Of a DNA stretch of 20,000 nt, positions 7,770-16,732 are shown one piece after another. The stretch lies in IMG/VR virus record IMGVR_UViG_3300025133_000083, one strand, 5' to 3'. This stretch comes from an uncultured virus (IMG/VR IMGVR_UViG_3300025133_000083) (lineage: Duplodnaviria; Heunggongvirae; Uroviricota; Caudoviricetes). The number at the start of each line of letters is the position of its first letter. Within the stretch, counting starts at the first letter, position 1. The notes beneath the pieces were generated by a model that did no database searches, had not been told where the DNA came from, and saw only the letters and a list, made by a program, of their open reading frames with translations. The translations under genes were made by a program, and so were the position numbers.

Positions 7770-7780
7770 AACTAGAAAAC

Positions 7781-8173
7781 ATGATAACGAAAGAACACTA
7801 CGATAAGAGCTATTTCTGTAAAGAATGGGCAGCAACCCCACAAATAGCAAAAGAGAAGCTTAGAGGCATGTATGTACAAGCATGGAAGGAATATTTAGAA
7901 GGTAGCGAGAACGCCCAAATGGATATTGACGACCTGAAGGAGGACTACAAACTACTTCAGGTAGAAGCACCCGAAGTTCTGTATCAACTAACAGATGAAG
8001 AAGCATGGAAACGGATATACGACAAGTTTGCTATTGACTTCTTGACCGCGCCAATAACATTCGACCAATTCAGGGGAATGGTACAAGAGAAGTTTATCCT
8101 GAACGGAACCCAACAGTTAGAGCTTCAGGTTCAATGGGAAGATAAAGAGGAGATATTAACCGAAGAAAACTAG
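7781..8173 (+). CDS. Hypothetical acidic protein
   Basis: 130 aa; exact junction motifs at both ends. Confidence 0.85.
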   Translation: MITKEHYDKSYFCKEWAATPQIAKEKLRGMYVQAWKEYLEGSENAQMDIDDLKEDYKLLQVEAPEVLYQLTDEEAWKRIYDKFAIDFLTAPITFDQFRGMVQEKFILNGTQQLELQVQWEDKEEILTEEN

Positions 8174-8178
8174 AAAAC

Positions 8179-9030
8179 ATGATACCCTTAACATTCAACA
8201 ACTTAGACAATTGGAGACACAACAGTCAGCTTTGGAATAAGTTTGACAACCTGAACCAAGAACAAGAACATAGACACGTACATTGGAACGAAAGCACCGA
8301 TAGGTACAAGTACAATAGCAGCACAAGTTACAGGAACATTATGTTCAGTCACATAATGAAGGAGTACAGATCCATGTTTGGGGTAGAGTACAACCAAGAC
8401 GTAAAACACTATGGACACTACGACCTCTTCACACAAAAGAAGCTGAATGAAGAGGAGCGATTCCAACAACGAGCGCAAGTATATATACACACTTCAATAA
8501 GTAGTATCCTAGATAATTGGAGTATTGAATTCACTGTAAAAGCTAACGGCTTTGAACAAGGCAGTAAACGCTTCAACTTCACACCACGCAGCAATGCACC
8601 CCTAACAGAGGAGTACATAGTACAAGCAACCTTTGAATACATAAACAAGCACCTGATATTCCCTGAAGGACTATTCAGGAACTTTCAAGAAGCTTTCAAC
8701 GGCACAAAGGAATACGCCCTGAAGCAATACAGATTAGCGACAGAACAAAGAGCGCAGGATATAAAAAGACAGGACAGGGAAGACAGGGTAAACGAATATA
8801 TATTCAAACGCTTCAATATCGACATAGACTACGATCTGAATGCTACTGAAAAACAGATTATCGACAGGTGTAAAGAATTCACACGTATAAACGGTAAGCC
8901 TCAAGATACTTTGACACTTTGTCAATTCAGACCGCTATACATATTAGACGGCTTTGACGGGGATATTGACGAAGTTGAAAGTCTACTAGACGAACATCTA
9001 ACAGAAAACCCAACAGTTATTTACCTATAA
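8179..9030 (+). CDS. Hypothetical protein
   Basis: 283 aa; exact junction motifs at both ends; no recognised domain. Confidence 0.85.
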   Translation: MIPLTFNNLDNWRHNSQLWNKFDNLNQEQEHRHVHWNESTDRYKYNSSTSYRNIMFSHIMKEYRSMFGVEYNQDVKHYGHYDLFTQKKLNEEERFQQRAQVYIHTSISSILDNWSIEFTVKANGFEQGSKRFNFTPRSNAPLTEEYIVQATFEYINKHLIFPEGLFRNFQEAFNGTKEYALKQYRLATEQRAQDIKRQDREDRVNEYIFKRFNIDIDYDLNATEKQIIDRCKEFTRINGKPQDTLTLCQFRPLYILDGFDGDIDEVESLLDEHLTENPTVIYL

Positions 9031-9042
9031 AAACTAGAAAAC

Positions 9043-9306
9043 ATGAAATTTGAAAGGAGCCTTAACGCAATCGAAAAAGCATATTTGAAGCACGTAAATC
9101 TATGTAATAGCCTATTGAAAAGGATTGAACCGCACATTGAATACGACACAGAAGAGACGGAGTTCGGTATTGGTTATCAAGAAAGTGATAGTTGCCACAC
9201 GTTATATGATGACTATGGAAATGTCGCTCCCTTAGATTCGGTATTGCGAATAATTACCGACAACGGTAAAATAACATACAGCGAATTCCACGAACTATGT
9301 ATTTAA
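9043..9306 (+). CDS. Hypothetical protein
   Basis: 87 aa; exact junction motif. Confidence 0.8.
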   Translation: MKFERSLNAIEKAYLKHVNLCNSLLKRIEPHIEYDTEETEFGIGYQESDSCHTLYDDYGNVAPLDSVLRIITDNGKITYSEFHELCI

Positions 9307-9326
9307 ACACTGAAAAACTAGAAAAC

Positions 9327-9665
9327 ATGAAAGAGCAACTAACAGAACTACTCGAAATGCTGAAGACCGACTCCAACTGCGATTGGTCGGTATGCAACCC
9401 GAATGATGAATTCAAAACCCTATCTGAAACAGTACGGGGAATGATAGACGGATACAACCCAAGAGAAGAGTACAAAAAAACAGGGTACTTTGGTCTACAT
9501 TGGAGTACAGAAGACATAATAGGGAAAGCTAAAGAACATGGTCACACATGCACCGAAGAGCAAGCCCAAGAGATAGCTGAAGGACTAGAAAGCAAAGGAG
9601 ATTGTAACTACGGGATAACTTGGGAACATATAGACATGGAAATTGCAGACTATTTTGGAAACTAA
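9327..9665 (+). CDS. Hypothetical protein (112 aa; start corrected from 9297)
   Basis: MKEQLTELL...; C-terminal WSTEDI...GITWEHI; exact junction motif. Confidence 0.8.
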   Translation: MKEQLTELLEMLKTDSNCDWSVCNPNDEFKTLSETVRGMIDGYNPREEYKKTGYFGLHWSTEDIIGKAKEHGHTCTEEQAQEIAEGLESKGDCNYGITWEHIDMEIADYFGN

Positions 9666-9678
9666 AAACCTAGAAAAC

Positions 9679-9960
9679 ATGAAACATACACAGGGAGAGT
9701 GGCAAGTAAAAGCAGACAATTCAGTAACGCCAAAAGATAATGTAGGCACTGTAATAGCTCAAATATGTAGCGCGAACAATAACGAAGAAGAAGCACAAGC
9801 AAACGCTGCATTGATAGCGGCTGCACCTGAACTATTGAAAGCATTGAACAGTCTTTTACATTGCCCCGACTTAAATCTTTGTGAAATAGAAATCGAAACG
9901 AGAGAAGCAATAGACATAGCTGCAAATGCAGTCCACAAAGCAACAAACGTAAACGGATAG
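9679..9960 (+). CDS. Conserved phage protein (HT.G.W ... ANAxLIAAAPELL family); start corrected from 9643
   Basis: MKHTQGEW and EAQANAALIAAAPELLKAL, a widespread phage hypothetical signature. Confidence 0.8.
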   Translation: MKHTQGEWQVKADNSVTPKDNVGTVIAQICSANNNEEEAQANAALIAAAPELLKALNSLLHCPDLNLCEIEIETREAIDIAANAVHKATNVNG

Positions 9961-9965
9961 AAACT

Positions 9966-10202
9966 ATGCAGGAAGACAACAGATATTGCAAAGGAGAGAT
10001 ACTACACACCCCGAAAGGAGAAAGTATCCCGAATACATTCAAATTCAGGTACGACCCCCACACCGACACAATGCGAGTAACCGACATAAAAGGGGAGCTA
10101 TTAATATTCACTAACCAAATGGAGCAAGTGAGTAAAGTGATAGACGACATGTACAACTTAGACGAAAGCAAACAACACCCGAAAGCATACATCTTAAACT
10201 AG
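9966..10202 (+). CDS. Hypothetical protein
   Basis: 78 aa; TAG-5nt-ATG spacing at both ends. Confidence 0.75.
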   Translation: MQEDNRYCKGEILHTPKGESIPNTFKFRYDPHTDTMRVTDIKGELLIFTNQMEQVSKVIDDMYNLDESKQHPKAYILN

Positions 10203-10207
10203 AAAAC

Positions 10208-10387
10208 ATGGACTTATACACGCAACAACGAAACGCATCAAGAGAAGCAACTACTCTAACAAATGAAGGTAAAATACCATCATACGACCTACTGATGAAA
10301 TGCAGTAAAGAACAGTTAAGTGAGAAGTTAATACACCACCTGAAGGTTATTGAAGCACTTAGAGAAATGATAAAACGTAACGACTAG
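10208..10387 (+). CDS. Small hypothetical protein (59 aa, not in ORF track)
   Basis: MDLYTQQRNASREATTLTNEGKIPSYDLLMKCSKEQLSEKLIHHLKVIEALREMIKRND*; exact motifs at both ends. Confidence 0.8.
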   Translation: MDLYTQQRNASREATTLTNEGKIPSYDLLMKCSKEQLSEKLIHHLKVIEALREMIKRND

Positions 10388-10392
10388 AAAAC

Positions 10393-10653
10393 ATGAGCAA
10401 GCTAACAACAAGACAGCGAACAGGATCACTTTTGCAATACGCAAACTTCAAAGACGGTACTCGCATCAACCTGATACGGATTGATAAACCATTGGAGGGA
10501 TACAAAGCAAAGTTTTCAATTTTACAGAACCTCAACAACCCCTTTGCAAAAGATAAAACATTCAAAGGAATCAATGAAGCTTCAAAATACTTTGAGCTTC
10601 TTACAGAATGTACCAAGTCTACACTTACCAATAGAGGAATAACAGCTAACTAA
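10393..10653 (+). CDS. Hypothetical protein
   Basis: 86 aa; exact junction motif. Confidence 0.8.
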   Translation: MSKLTTRQRTGSLLQYANFKDGTRINLIRIDKPLEGYKAKFSILQNLNNPFAKDKTFKGINEASKYFELLTECTKSTLTNRGITAN

Positions 10654-10666
10654 AAAACTAGAAAAC

Positions 10667-11035
10667 ATGGAAAACACAGAAGAGAACAACGCATTGATAG
10701 CAGAATCTAGGGGATTCAAATTTGACCCACTCCGAGAGAAGTCTTGGGAAGACCGTATAGGTTGGAGGTATGACGAATTAAAATTTCACACTTCTTGGGA
10801 TTGGTTGATGCCCGTAGTTGAGGAATGTTTGGTAGGAGAAGCAGAACAAGGAGAACACGCAACTGGTCTTATAAAACAAATCTATGAAGGACTAAACAAC
10901 ATAGATATTAACGCCACGCATAGAGCAGTAGTAAAGTTCATCAAATGGGTAAACGACCAACTACCTAGAGAAGCCACAATAGTAATACATGACGGAATGA
11001 TGTACAACCCTGAAAAACCTGAAGACGATGCCTAA
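10667..11035 (+). CDS. Conserved phage protein (NxLIA..G...FHTSWDWLMPVVE), possibly phage ABA-sandwich-like
   Basis: SWDWLMPVVE motif recalled from Bacteroidota phage proteins; fold assignment tentative. Confidence 0.65.
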   Translation: MENTEENNALIAESRGFKFDPLREKSWEDRIGWRYDELKFHTSWDWLMPVVEECLVGEAEQGEHATGLIKQIYEGLNNIDINATHRAVVKFIKWVNDQLPREATIVIHDGMMYNPEKPEDDA

Positions 11036-11336
11036 ACCAAGCACCGAGAAAGCCAAAGTTCAATGGGTATTGGAGAGATCCAAGAAGAGCAGGGATAACA
11101 ACCTTGTTCTGTACAAGAACATCTTCAAACACTTCCTGAAGATAGACCTGAACAGTATTACAGGATACGACCTACTGAAAGGTATAAAACATAAAAAGTA
11201 TCCCAATTACGACAGCGTAACAAGAGCCTCAAGAAAGCTTCAGGAACTAAACCCCGAATTAAGAGGAGCCGAATGGGAAGCTAGACATGGGAAGCCCGTA
11301 GATGAAACAATTAAAGACCTGAAACAAAACTTTTAG
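11028..11336 (+). CDS. Conserved basic phage hypothetical protein
   Basis: 102 aa; RDNN.VLY and SVTRASRKLQE.NPELRG. Confidence 0.75.
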   Translation: MPKPSTEKAKVQWVLERSKKSRDNNLVLYKNIFKHFLKIDLNSITGYDLLKGIKHKKYPNYDSVTRASRKLQELNPELRGAEWEARHGKPVDETIKDLKQNF

Positions 11337-11341
11337 AAAAC

Positions 11342-11560
11342 ATGGAAGCTAAGATTACAACAGTAGTAACTAAAACAAAACGCTACGGGAGGACAACTCA
11401 ACATACTCAATACCATATTTCAGGAGGTAGCCAAAACAACAAATATTTAACGTGTGGCAATAGATTCAAATCTATTACAGGAGTTAAGAAGTGGCTATTG
11501 TCCATTGGGTATGATAAAGTGACCACAGGCAAGAAAGAAACAACAACATACAACAACTAA
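11342..11560 (+). CDS. Small basic hypothetical protein
   Basis: 72 aa; TTAGAAAACATG start. Confidence 0.75.
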   Translation: MEAKITTVVTKTKRYGRTTQHTQYHISGGSQNNKYLTCGNRFKSITGVKKWLLSIGYDKVTTGKKETTTYNN

Positions 11561-11565
11561 AAAAC

Positions 11566-11811
11566 ATGGAGAGCAAAAAAACATACCACTACAAAGTAGC
11601 ATTCCACAAATCATCAATACACAGAGTAGCATCTGTTGAAATAGACAACGGAGTAATAACCCTTAAATCTATCTTCTTAACAGATACCTATGCAACTGTA
11701 AAAGAAGCCTTAGACGAACTAAAAATAGACTTCAAATACATAGAGCATACCCACACAACCCGAACAACAACAGAAAACGTAAACAACATAATCCAAGACA
11801 AGGAAGCATGA
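11566..11811 (+). CDS. Hypothetical protein
   Basis: 81 aa; CTAAAAAACATG start. Confidence 0.75.
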   Translation: MESKKTYHYKVAFHKSSIHRVASVEIDNGVITLKSIFLTDTYATVKEALDELKIDFKYIEHTHTTRTTTENVNNIIQDKEA

Positions 11812-12116
11812 AAATGAAAACGGCACATACAATAGAGGGAACCGAAATAGAATTGGATATTGCATTCGACTACACCCCCGAAGAACCTGAAGTACGGTAT
11901 TACAAAGACGGTTCAGGACAACCTGCAACTCCGCCCGACATCGAAATAACAGATGTTATATGGACAAGAGAAGACCTGAAGGTTGGAAGTGGATTGACAT
12001 TCGAGAAGACTAAAACTCCCGTAGATGTATTCGAGCTAATGGACAAACTAGGACACATGGACGAGATTGAAAAAACCTGTTGGGGTATGATTGAGAACAT
12101 AAACTTTGAAGATTAG
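11808..12116 (+). CDS. Acidic phage hypothetical protein
   Basis: 102 aa; FDYTPEEP...DGSG.P..PPDIEI; ATGA overlap. Confidence 0.8.
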   Translation: MKMKTAHTIEGTEIELDIAFDYTPEEPEVRYYKDGSGQPATPPDIEITDVIWTREDLKVGSGLTFEKTKTPVDVFELMDKLGHMDEIEKTCWGMIENINFED

Positions 12117-12121
12117 AAAAC

Positions 12122-12304
12122 ATGAAAAAAGAAAAGATCAAAAAACTTATCCTCGAAGAGGGACTTACAATAACAGATGTAATTGATGTTGTTGTAGAAA
12201 TGAACGGCTTTGTCGGAGTAGGACTCATCTCGCTTGGAGACGGTCTAAAGAAGTATGTTTACGACAAGATAGAACAACACACACCTGATTATTGGAACAC
12301 ATAA
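12122..12304 (+). CDS. Small hypothetical protein
   Basis: 60 aa; TTAGAAAACATG start. Confidence 0.75.
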   Translation: MKKEKIKKLILEEGLTITDVIDVVVEMNGFVGVGLISLGDGLKKYVYDKIEQHTPDYWNT

Positions 12305-12315
12305 AAACTACAAAA

Positions 12316-12666
12316 ATGGACAGAACAAGAATAACAGACACACTTGGAATAAGAGTTTCCAAATCAACAGCTAGAGGTTCAAATCTCGCATACTTTAGAC
12401 CTGAACCTACACGGATCTTAAGAGGATACCCTAGAGAGGAAGCGGTATTCGAAATGATAGAAAATGATGACGGAATATTAACAGCAGCAATAGGGGTTAT
12501 ACCTGAAACAAGCTCAAAAAATGGACTGAACTTCATCGAAAAACCGAATGGATGTATGACGGTGCAAGCCCCTAAAAAAATGATGTCGGTTGGAAGCTAC
12601 ATCATGCAATCTGAACCAATATTCGAAAAGGGGATTGATTGGTACTTACTTGAAAGAAAGCAATAA
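12316..12666 (+). CDS. Hypothetical protein (116 aa; start corrected from 12292)
   Basis: MDRTRITD...; AAAAACTACAAAAATG context. Confidence 0.75.
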   Translation: MDRTRITDTLGIRVSKSTARGSNLAYFRPEPTRILRGYPREEAVFEMIENDDGILTAAIGVIPETSSKNGLNFIEKPNGCMTVQAPKKMMSVGSYIMQSEPIFEKGIDWYLLERKQ

Positions 12667-13175
12667 TGGAAGAACAAGAAGCAGAAATAAGAACAGGCTC
12701 CGAAGTAGCAACAATAAGGGGAGACGTAAAAAGAATTTGCCACGAAGTAGAGCATACAACGGACATAAATCTTCTCCTAGAACAGGCAACCCAATTAAGC
12801 GAATACCTATTCTACATTCAGGAGCAGGAGCAAAAACTACATGGACTCGTTGTAGATGCCAAACAAATGATTAACCAAGCAAAGGAGAGCGTTAAGACAT
12901 TTGAATTCAAAACAGCACTACGCCTAAATAGTACCGAAGGCGGAGGTTACGCTATGAATAGGGCGGAAAAAATGGCTTACCTGAAATCGGAGAACCTAAG
13001 ACAATCCGTTACAGAAGTAACAGAAGCTCTAGGAGAAGTAGACAAGGATTACAGGGATATAAAAGGCTTCAAAACAGCGGTTCAGGAGTACCTTATGACA
13101 ATCCGACAGAAGGTAAAGAACTTACAGATTGAAGCAGGAGTCTACCCGATAAGACCTGATGAACAAACAAACTGA
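12666..13175 (+). CDS. All-helical protein, possibly UvsY-like recombination mediator
   Basis: 169 aa; two long helices separated by a Gly-rich turn; adjacent to SSB-like gene; function tentative. Confidence 0.45.
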   Translation: MEEQEAEIRTGSEVATIRGDVKRICHEVEHTTDINLLLEQATQLSEYLFYIQEQEQKLHGLVVDAKQMINQAKESVKTFEFKTALRLNSTEGGGYAMNRAEKMAYLKSENLRQSVTEVTEALGEVDKDYRDIKGFKTAVQEYLMTIRQKVKNLQIEAGVYPIRPDEQTN

Positions 13176-13186
13176 AAATAATTTCA

Positions 13187-13227
13187 TTTATTTGCAACCT
13201 GTAAAGTATTTATACATATATTTGACA
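13187..13227 (+). promoter_or_regulatory. Bacteroidota-type promoter
   Basis: TTTG 13191-13194, 22-nt spacer, TATATTTG 13217-13224; near copy of 19141-19179. Confidence 0.7.
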
Positions 13228-13267
13228 AACATTTAATTTTAACAGTAACAAGTAACGATTAGAAAAA

Positions 13268-14101
13268 ATGAGTAGAAGCAATCCAACAAACGACATGAAA
13301 AATCCTGCAAAGATGTGGGTAGAATATCACGGAGGAGGAGAGAAAGGGGGAACCTTTAGCTTTTTCGACAAAGAAAAACTGAACGAAGACGGAAGCAGAG
13401 GCGCGAATGTATCTCTAGGGGCTAAAATCCGCTTCATGTTCTTAGACCAAACATACACCGTTACAGGATGGAACGAGCCTTCGTACAGCGGTATATATGC
13501 CAACGAAGTAAAAGACATAACCAACGGTATCCTTACTGTTAAGGCTTTTAAAGGTCAAGAGTCTTATAAAGGAAGTTGGAACAACATCAAAGCAGCAGTA
13601 AAGCAGATGGGCGGTAAATTCACTACCAACATCTACATCGCTATGAAGCAGGGCGACAAGACATTGGGAATATCCTGCATACAGCTAAAAGGGGCGGCAT
13701 TCGCAAAGTGGAATGAATTCGTAAAGACCGCAGGTAAAAAAGCCCTAGAGGAAGGCGCTGTCAAAATTGTATCTCACTTAAGCGGAGTAAAAGGCGCAGT
13801 GAAATTCACAACCCCGATCTTCGAAATGGTAGCTGAAGGTGTTACAGAAGAAAGCAACAATGCAGCTATCGAATTGGATAGAGAGCTACAAGAGTACCTA
13901 GCGGCTAAAATAGAAGTTCCTACAACTCCTATGACGACTTCAGACGAATCAGCAGGACAACCTGTACAGATTGATGAACCTCAACACGGAACAATTCCTA
14001 AGAAGAACGTAGAGCCGATTGAAGAAGCTGAAATTGTAGGCGAAGCACCTTCAGGAGATTTCGCAGACTTAGAGGATGATGAAGACGAGCTACCGTTCTA
14101 A
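13268..14101 (+). CDS. Putative single-stranded DNA-binding/annealing protein
   Basis: 277 aa; beta-rich aromatic/Gly core, disordered acidic tail ending DDEDELPF (SSB-type C-terminus). Confidence 0.7.
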   Translation: MSRSNPTNDMKNPAKMWVEYHGGGEKGGTFSFFDKEKLNEDGSRGANVSLGAKIRFMFLDQTYTVTGWNEPSYSGIYANEVKDITNGILTVKAFKGQESYKGSWNNIKAAVKQMGGKFTTNIYIAMKQGDKTLGISCIQLKGAAFAKWNEFVKTAGKKALEEGAVKIVSHLSGVKGAVKFTTPIFEMVAEGVTEESNNAAIELDRELQEYLAAKIEVPTTPMTTSDESAGQPVQIDEPQHGTIPKKNVEPIEEAEIVGEAPSGDFADLEDDEDELPF

Positions 14102-14113
14102 AAACTAGAAACA

Positions 14114-14263
14114 ATGGGAAGAGCAAAAATTTTAGTCTACAACAAAAAAGGGAGGAAGCGATTGGTAGCAAGATTTAAGAATTACTACAATGCTGCTGTA
14201 TGGGGTAAAACTTTACCTAAGCATAAAGTAAATGATTACTTCCTCGCTAGAAAAGCAAAATAA
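14114..14263 (+). CDS. Small basic protein (49 aa, not in ORF track)
   Basis: MGRAKILVYNKKGRKRLVARFKNYYNAAVWGKTLPKHKVNDYFLARKAK*; AAAACTAGAAACAATG start. Confidence 0.7.
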   Translation: MGRAKILVYNKKGRKRLVARFKNYYNAAVWGKTLPKHKVNDYFLARKAK

Positions 14264-14275
14264 AAACTAGAAAAC

Positions 14276-14689
14276 ATGAACCACGAAGAGATAGAAGACT
14301 ACCTGAACGACCTTGCTACAGATGTAGCCGAAGGGAACGTAGAAACCCTAAAAGTGTATGGTATTCTCCAAGTAATCCGTAAAGCTGTTGAGCCAATAGA
14401 GAAAGCTGTTAAACAGGCGGCAATGAAGGAGGCTGTAGACGCAGGGGCGGATAAGGAGCCTGTAAGATACTTTGGGTTTGAATTCCGACATAAGAACGGG
14501 GCTAGAAGGTTTGAGTTTAAACACATCCCTGCTTGGGTGGAGATTGACGAAGAACGAAAGAAGATAGAGAAAATAGCTAAGACCGCTGAAGAGATGGGGC
14601 AGCCCATGCCAAACCCCGACACAGGGGAAATGATCTCTCCTGCTCATTGCAAACACAACAACCCTAGCTTAATAGCTTCTAAAGTATAA
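14276..14689 (+). CDS. Conserved Bacteroidota phage hypothetical protein
   Basis: 137 aa; exact junction motif; C-terminal PDTGEMI.PA. Confidence 0.8.
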   Translation: MNHEEIEDYLNDLATDVAEGNVETLKVYGILQVIRKAVEPIEKAVKQAAMKEAVDAGADKEPVRYFGFEFRHKNGARRFEFKHIPAWVEIDEERKKIEKIAKTAEEMGQPMPNPDTGEMISPAHCKHNNPSLIASKV

Positions 14690-14692
14690 GCA

Positions 14693-14920
14693 ATGCCAAA
14701 AGTTGTAATAGAAGACTTGGTTTTAAGGTTTGAAGGAGGCAAGGAAAAAGAACTCCTAAGCGATACGAGAATTCGCTTTGAGTTAGGGAGTACAGAGATA
14801 ACCGTTATGATAGGGAAAGAAGGAGATTGTCTTTGCCTCGATAAAGTAGAGCGTGACGGAAGAAAGGAAACGAGATTAACGACACTTGCTGAAGCGTCAA
14901 ACAGAATAACGATAAAATAA
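14693..14920 (+). CDS. Hypothetical protein
   Basis: 75 aa, tightly packed in the operon. Confidence 0.7.
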   Translation: MPKVVIEDLVLRFEGGKEKELLSDTRIRFELGSTEITVMIGKEGDCLCLDKVERDGRKETRLTTLAEASNRITIK

Positions 14921-14926
14921 TAAGAC

Positions 14927-15211
14927 ATGGGAATGAAAAAGAATAACGCAAGTATGCTAGGATTACTAGCTATGGAGGCGGCATTGGGCAGTATGGACGG
15001 AAGCGGAGGATATGGAGGCTCAAGTAGAGAAGATGCTAGAGACAGACAACTTAGTCTTGATGAATGGGCTAAAAAGAAGAGGATTGAACTAGAAGCCCGA
15101 AGCAGAGATAGAAGAAGTAATTACAAAGGGAACAAGAAGGGTAAAACCAAAAAACATAGGTTCAATGTGACCTACGGAAAAGGAGTTAAACCTGTATTTA
15201 AGAAAGCATGA
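14927..15211 (+). CDS. Basic low-complexity hypothetical protein
   Basis: 94 aa; Gly/Ser linker and K/R-rich C-terminus; ATGA overlap with next gene. Confidence 0.7.
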   Translation: MGMKKNNASMLGLLAMEAALGSMDGSGGYGGSSREDARDRQLSLDEWAKKKRIELEARSRDRRSNYKGNKKGKTKKHRFNVTYGKGVKPVFKKA

Positions 15212-16491
15212 GCAGAAGTACCGCAAGTAAAGATCCCGTAGAAAGGGAAGACGTTAAACTAACTGTTGTTAAGCTTGACATCGATTCTAAACTACCTGAA
15301 GACAAGGCTGTAAACCTGAAGAATACCGTAATTAAATTCGGTATGCAGTTACAGGGACTAGAGGACGAATACGATGAAATCGTACATGCAGCACAAAAGA
15401 CCTTCACTCCTAAATTAGCTAAGAAGGCAAAAACCCTTAGACTGAAATACGTAAAGCTTAGAGGTTCCAACGGTTCCGATGGTATGCGTAAGCAGATGAA
15501 AGCTGATGCGCTTCTAGAGGGGAAAGTAATAGACCATGTATTCGGAAAGATTCGAGATGCAGCAGTAGTAAGAGAAGACCCTCTAAAGGAGATTGAAGAG
15601 TATGCTGAAAGAGAGCAGGAAAGAATCGAGAAGGAGCTTCAGATGGACCGATACAGGGAGTTAGAACCCTATATCGTAGAAGAAGAAGAACTCAATTACA
15701 AGTTGGGGTTGATGACGGACGAAAGATGGGAAGAATACTTCTTAGAAGTTCGAGCCACTTTCAAAGAACATGAAGAAAATGAAGCGAAGGAGAAGTTAAG
15801 AGATGAGCGCCTTCAGGAAACGGCTAAACTTGCCTTGTTCATACCTGATTACGATGCAATCAATTGGGAAGACCTGAAGGAGAAAAGGTACAAGGAGGTT
15901 GTGGAGAACGCTAAGAATAAACATGAAGAACAACAACAAGAGCTTCTTGCCTTACAGAAAAAAGAAGCCGAAGAGAAAGAACTGAAAGAACGGTTCTTGA
16001 AAAGGGTAGGTCTTGTAACAGGGGCAGCACTAGGAGAGAGAGGTTTGATGTATGACGGGAAGCAAATTGCTACAATTAAAATGTTGGAGCAAAGTGAAGA
16101 TGAAGTGTTTGCTAAGTTCCTATTCAAGCACCTAGAGAAATACACCGCAGACCAAGAGCTTAAAAAACAACAGGATCTCCTAGAGAGAGAAGCCTTAAGA
16201 AAACAAGAGGCTGAAAAAGCTAGACTGAAAGAAGAGCAACTTAGAATAGAAGCAGATAGAAAGAGAGTTGCTGAAGAGGCTAGAGCCGAAGAGGAAAGGC
16301 TTATGCGACAAAAGGCTGAATACGAAGCCCAAAAAGAGGCTCCCGACAAGGATAAGATAGACGCTTATGCTAAAGCCCTGCAAAGTGTGGAAATCCCTGA
16401 ATGCAGTACGGAAAGGGGGAGAAAGTTGGTTGGGGCTGTAAGTGAAGCTGTTGGAAATGGCATCGTATGGATGCTCAACAACAACAACTAA
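15208..16491 (+). CDS. Long coiled-coil phage protein
   Basis: 427 aa, E/K/R/A-rich heptads; AKTLRLKYVKLR...RKQMKA..L.EGKVID pattern; no catalytic motif seen. Confidence 0.8.
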   Translation: MSRSTASKDPVEREDVKLTVVKLDIDSKLPEDKAVNLKNTVIKFGMQLQGLEDEYDEIVHAAQKTFTPKLAKKAKTLRLKYVKLRGSNGSDGMRKQMKADALLEGKVIDHVFGKIRDAAVVREDPLKEIEEYAEREQERIEKELQMDRYRELEPYIVEEEELNYKLGLMTDERWEEYFLEVRATFKEHEENEAKEKLRDERLQETAKLALFIPDYDAINWEDLKEKRYKEVVENAKNKHEEQQQELLALQKKEAEEKELKERFLKRVGLVTGAALGERGLMYDGKQIATIKMLEQSEDEVFAKFLFKHLEKYTADQELKKQQDLLEREALRKQEAEKARLKEEQLRIEADRKRVAEEARAEEERLMRQKAEYEAQKEAPDKDKIDAYAKALQSVEIPECSTERGRKLVGAVSEAVGNGIVWMLNNNN

Positions 16492-16697
16492 TGGACATTA
16501 TCAATAGACACTATGGCATACCGAAAAACAGGGAACAAAAAGATAGTGAAGAATTATCACTTGAACTTACACCTTCAGTCCAAGCATGTATCGACCAATA
16601 CAAAAAGGCTAAAACCTATATTGATGCTAGAATTGGAATCCCTAAAGGATATTTCGGAAATAACCCCTCCGCCAATAGTAACAGCGCCCCTAAATGA
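16491..16697 (+). CDS. Small hypothetical protein (68 aa; start corrected from 16467)
   Basis: TAATG overlap; MDIINRHYGIPK...RIGIPKGYFG. Confidence 0.6.
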   Translation: MDIINRHYGIPKNREQKDSEELSLELTPSVQACIDQYKKAKTYIDARIGIPKGYFGNNPSANSNSAPK

Positions 16698-16732
16698 AAG
16701 AATGAATTGGCTAAGAACTCTATTAAACTAAC

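Larger units (their letters stand above)
3360..14278 (+). repeat. Dispersed start-associated junction motif (AAAA)CTAGAAAACATG
   Basis: Exact 12-mer ending in the ATGs at 3736, 4244, 4709, 5632, 5813, 6421, 7781, 8179, 9043, 9327, 9679, 10208, 10393, 10667, 14276; one mismatch at 3369, 4421, 7167, 11342, 11566, 12122. Confidence 0.95.

Noticed and set aside
5602..9678. Upstream starts at 5602, 5765, 7029, 9297, 9643 giving a shared 'KLENM'-like peptide
   Set aside because: The peptide is just the junction motif read in frame; the extensions overlap upstream genes, so the true starts are the motif ATGs.
3360..12124. Classical integron attC cassettes
   Set aside because: No GTTRRRY/RYYYAAC boxes, no extended hairpin and no integrase in the window; only the layout is analogous.
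3047..12304. TAG stop-codon recoding (crAss-like) fragmenting longer genes
   Set aside because: TAG stops are followed 5 nt later by an ATG in a different frame, many genes end in TAA/TGA, and long genes are intact under code 11.
3360..14278. CRISPR array (repeat plus a nearby Cas4-like gene)
   Set aside because: Repeats are only 12-17 bp, separated by whole genes of variable length; no cas1/cas2; solo Cas4-like nucleases are common in phages.
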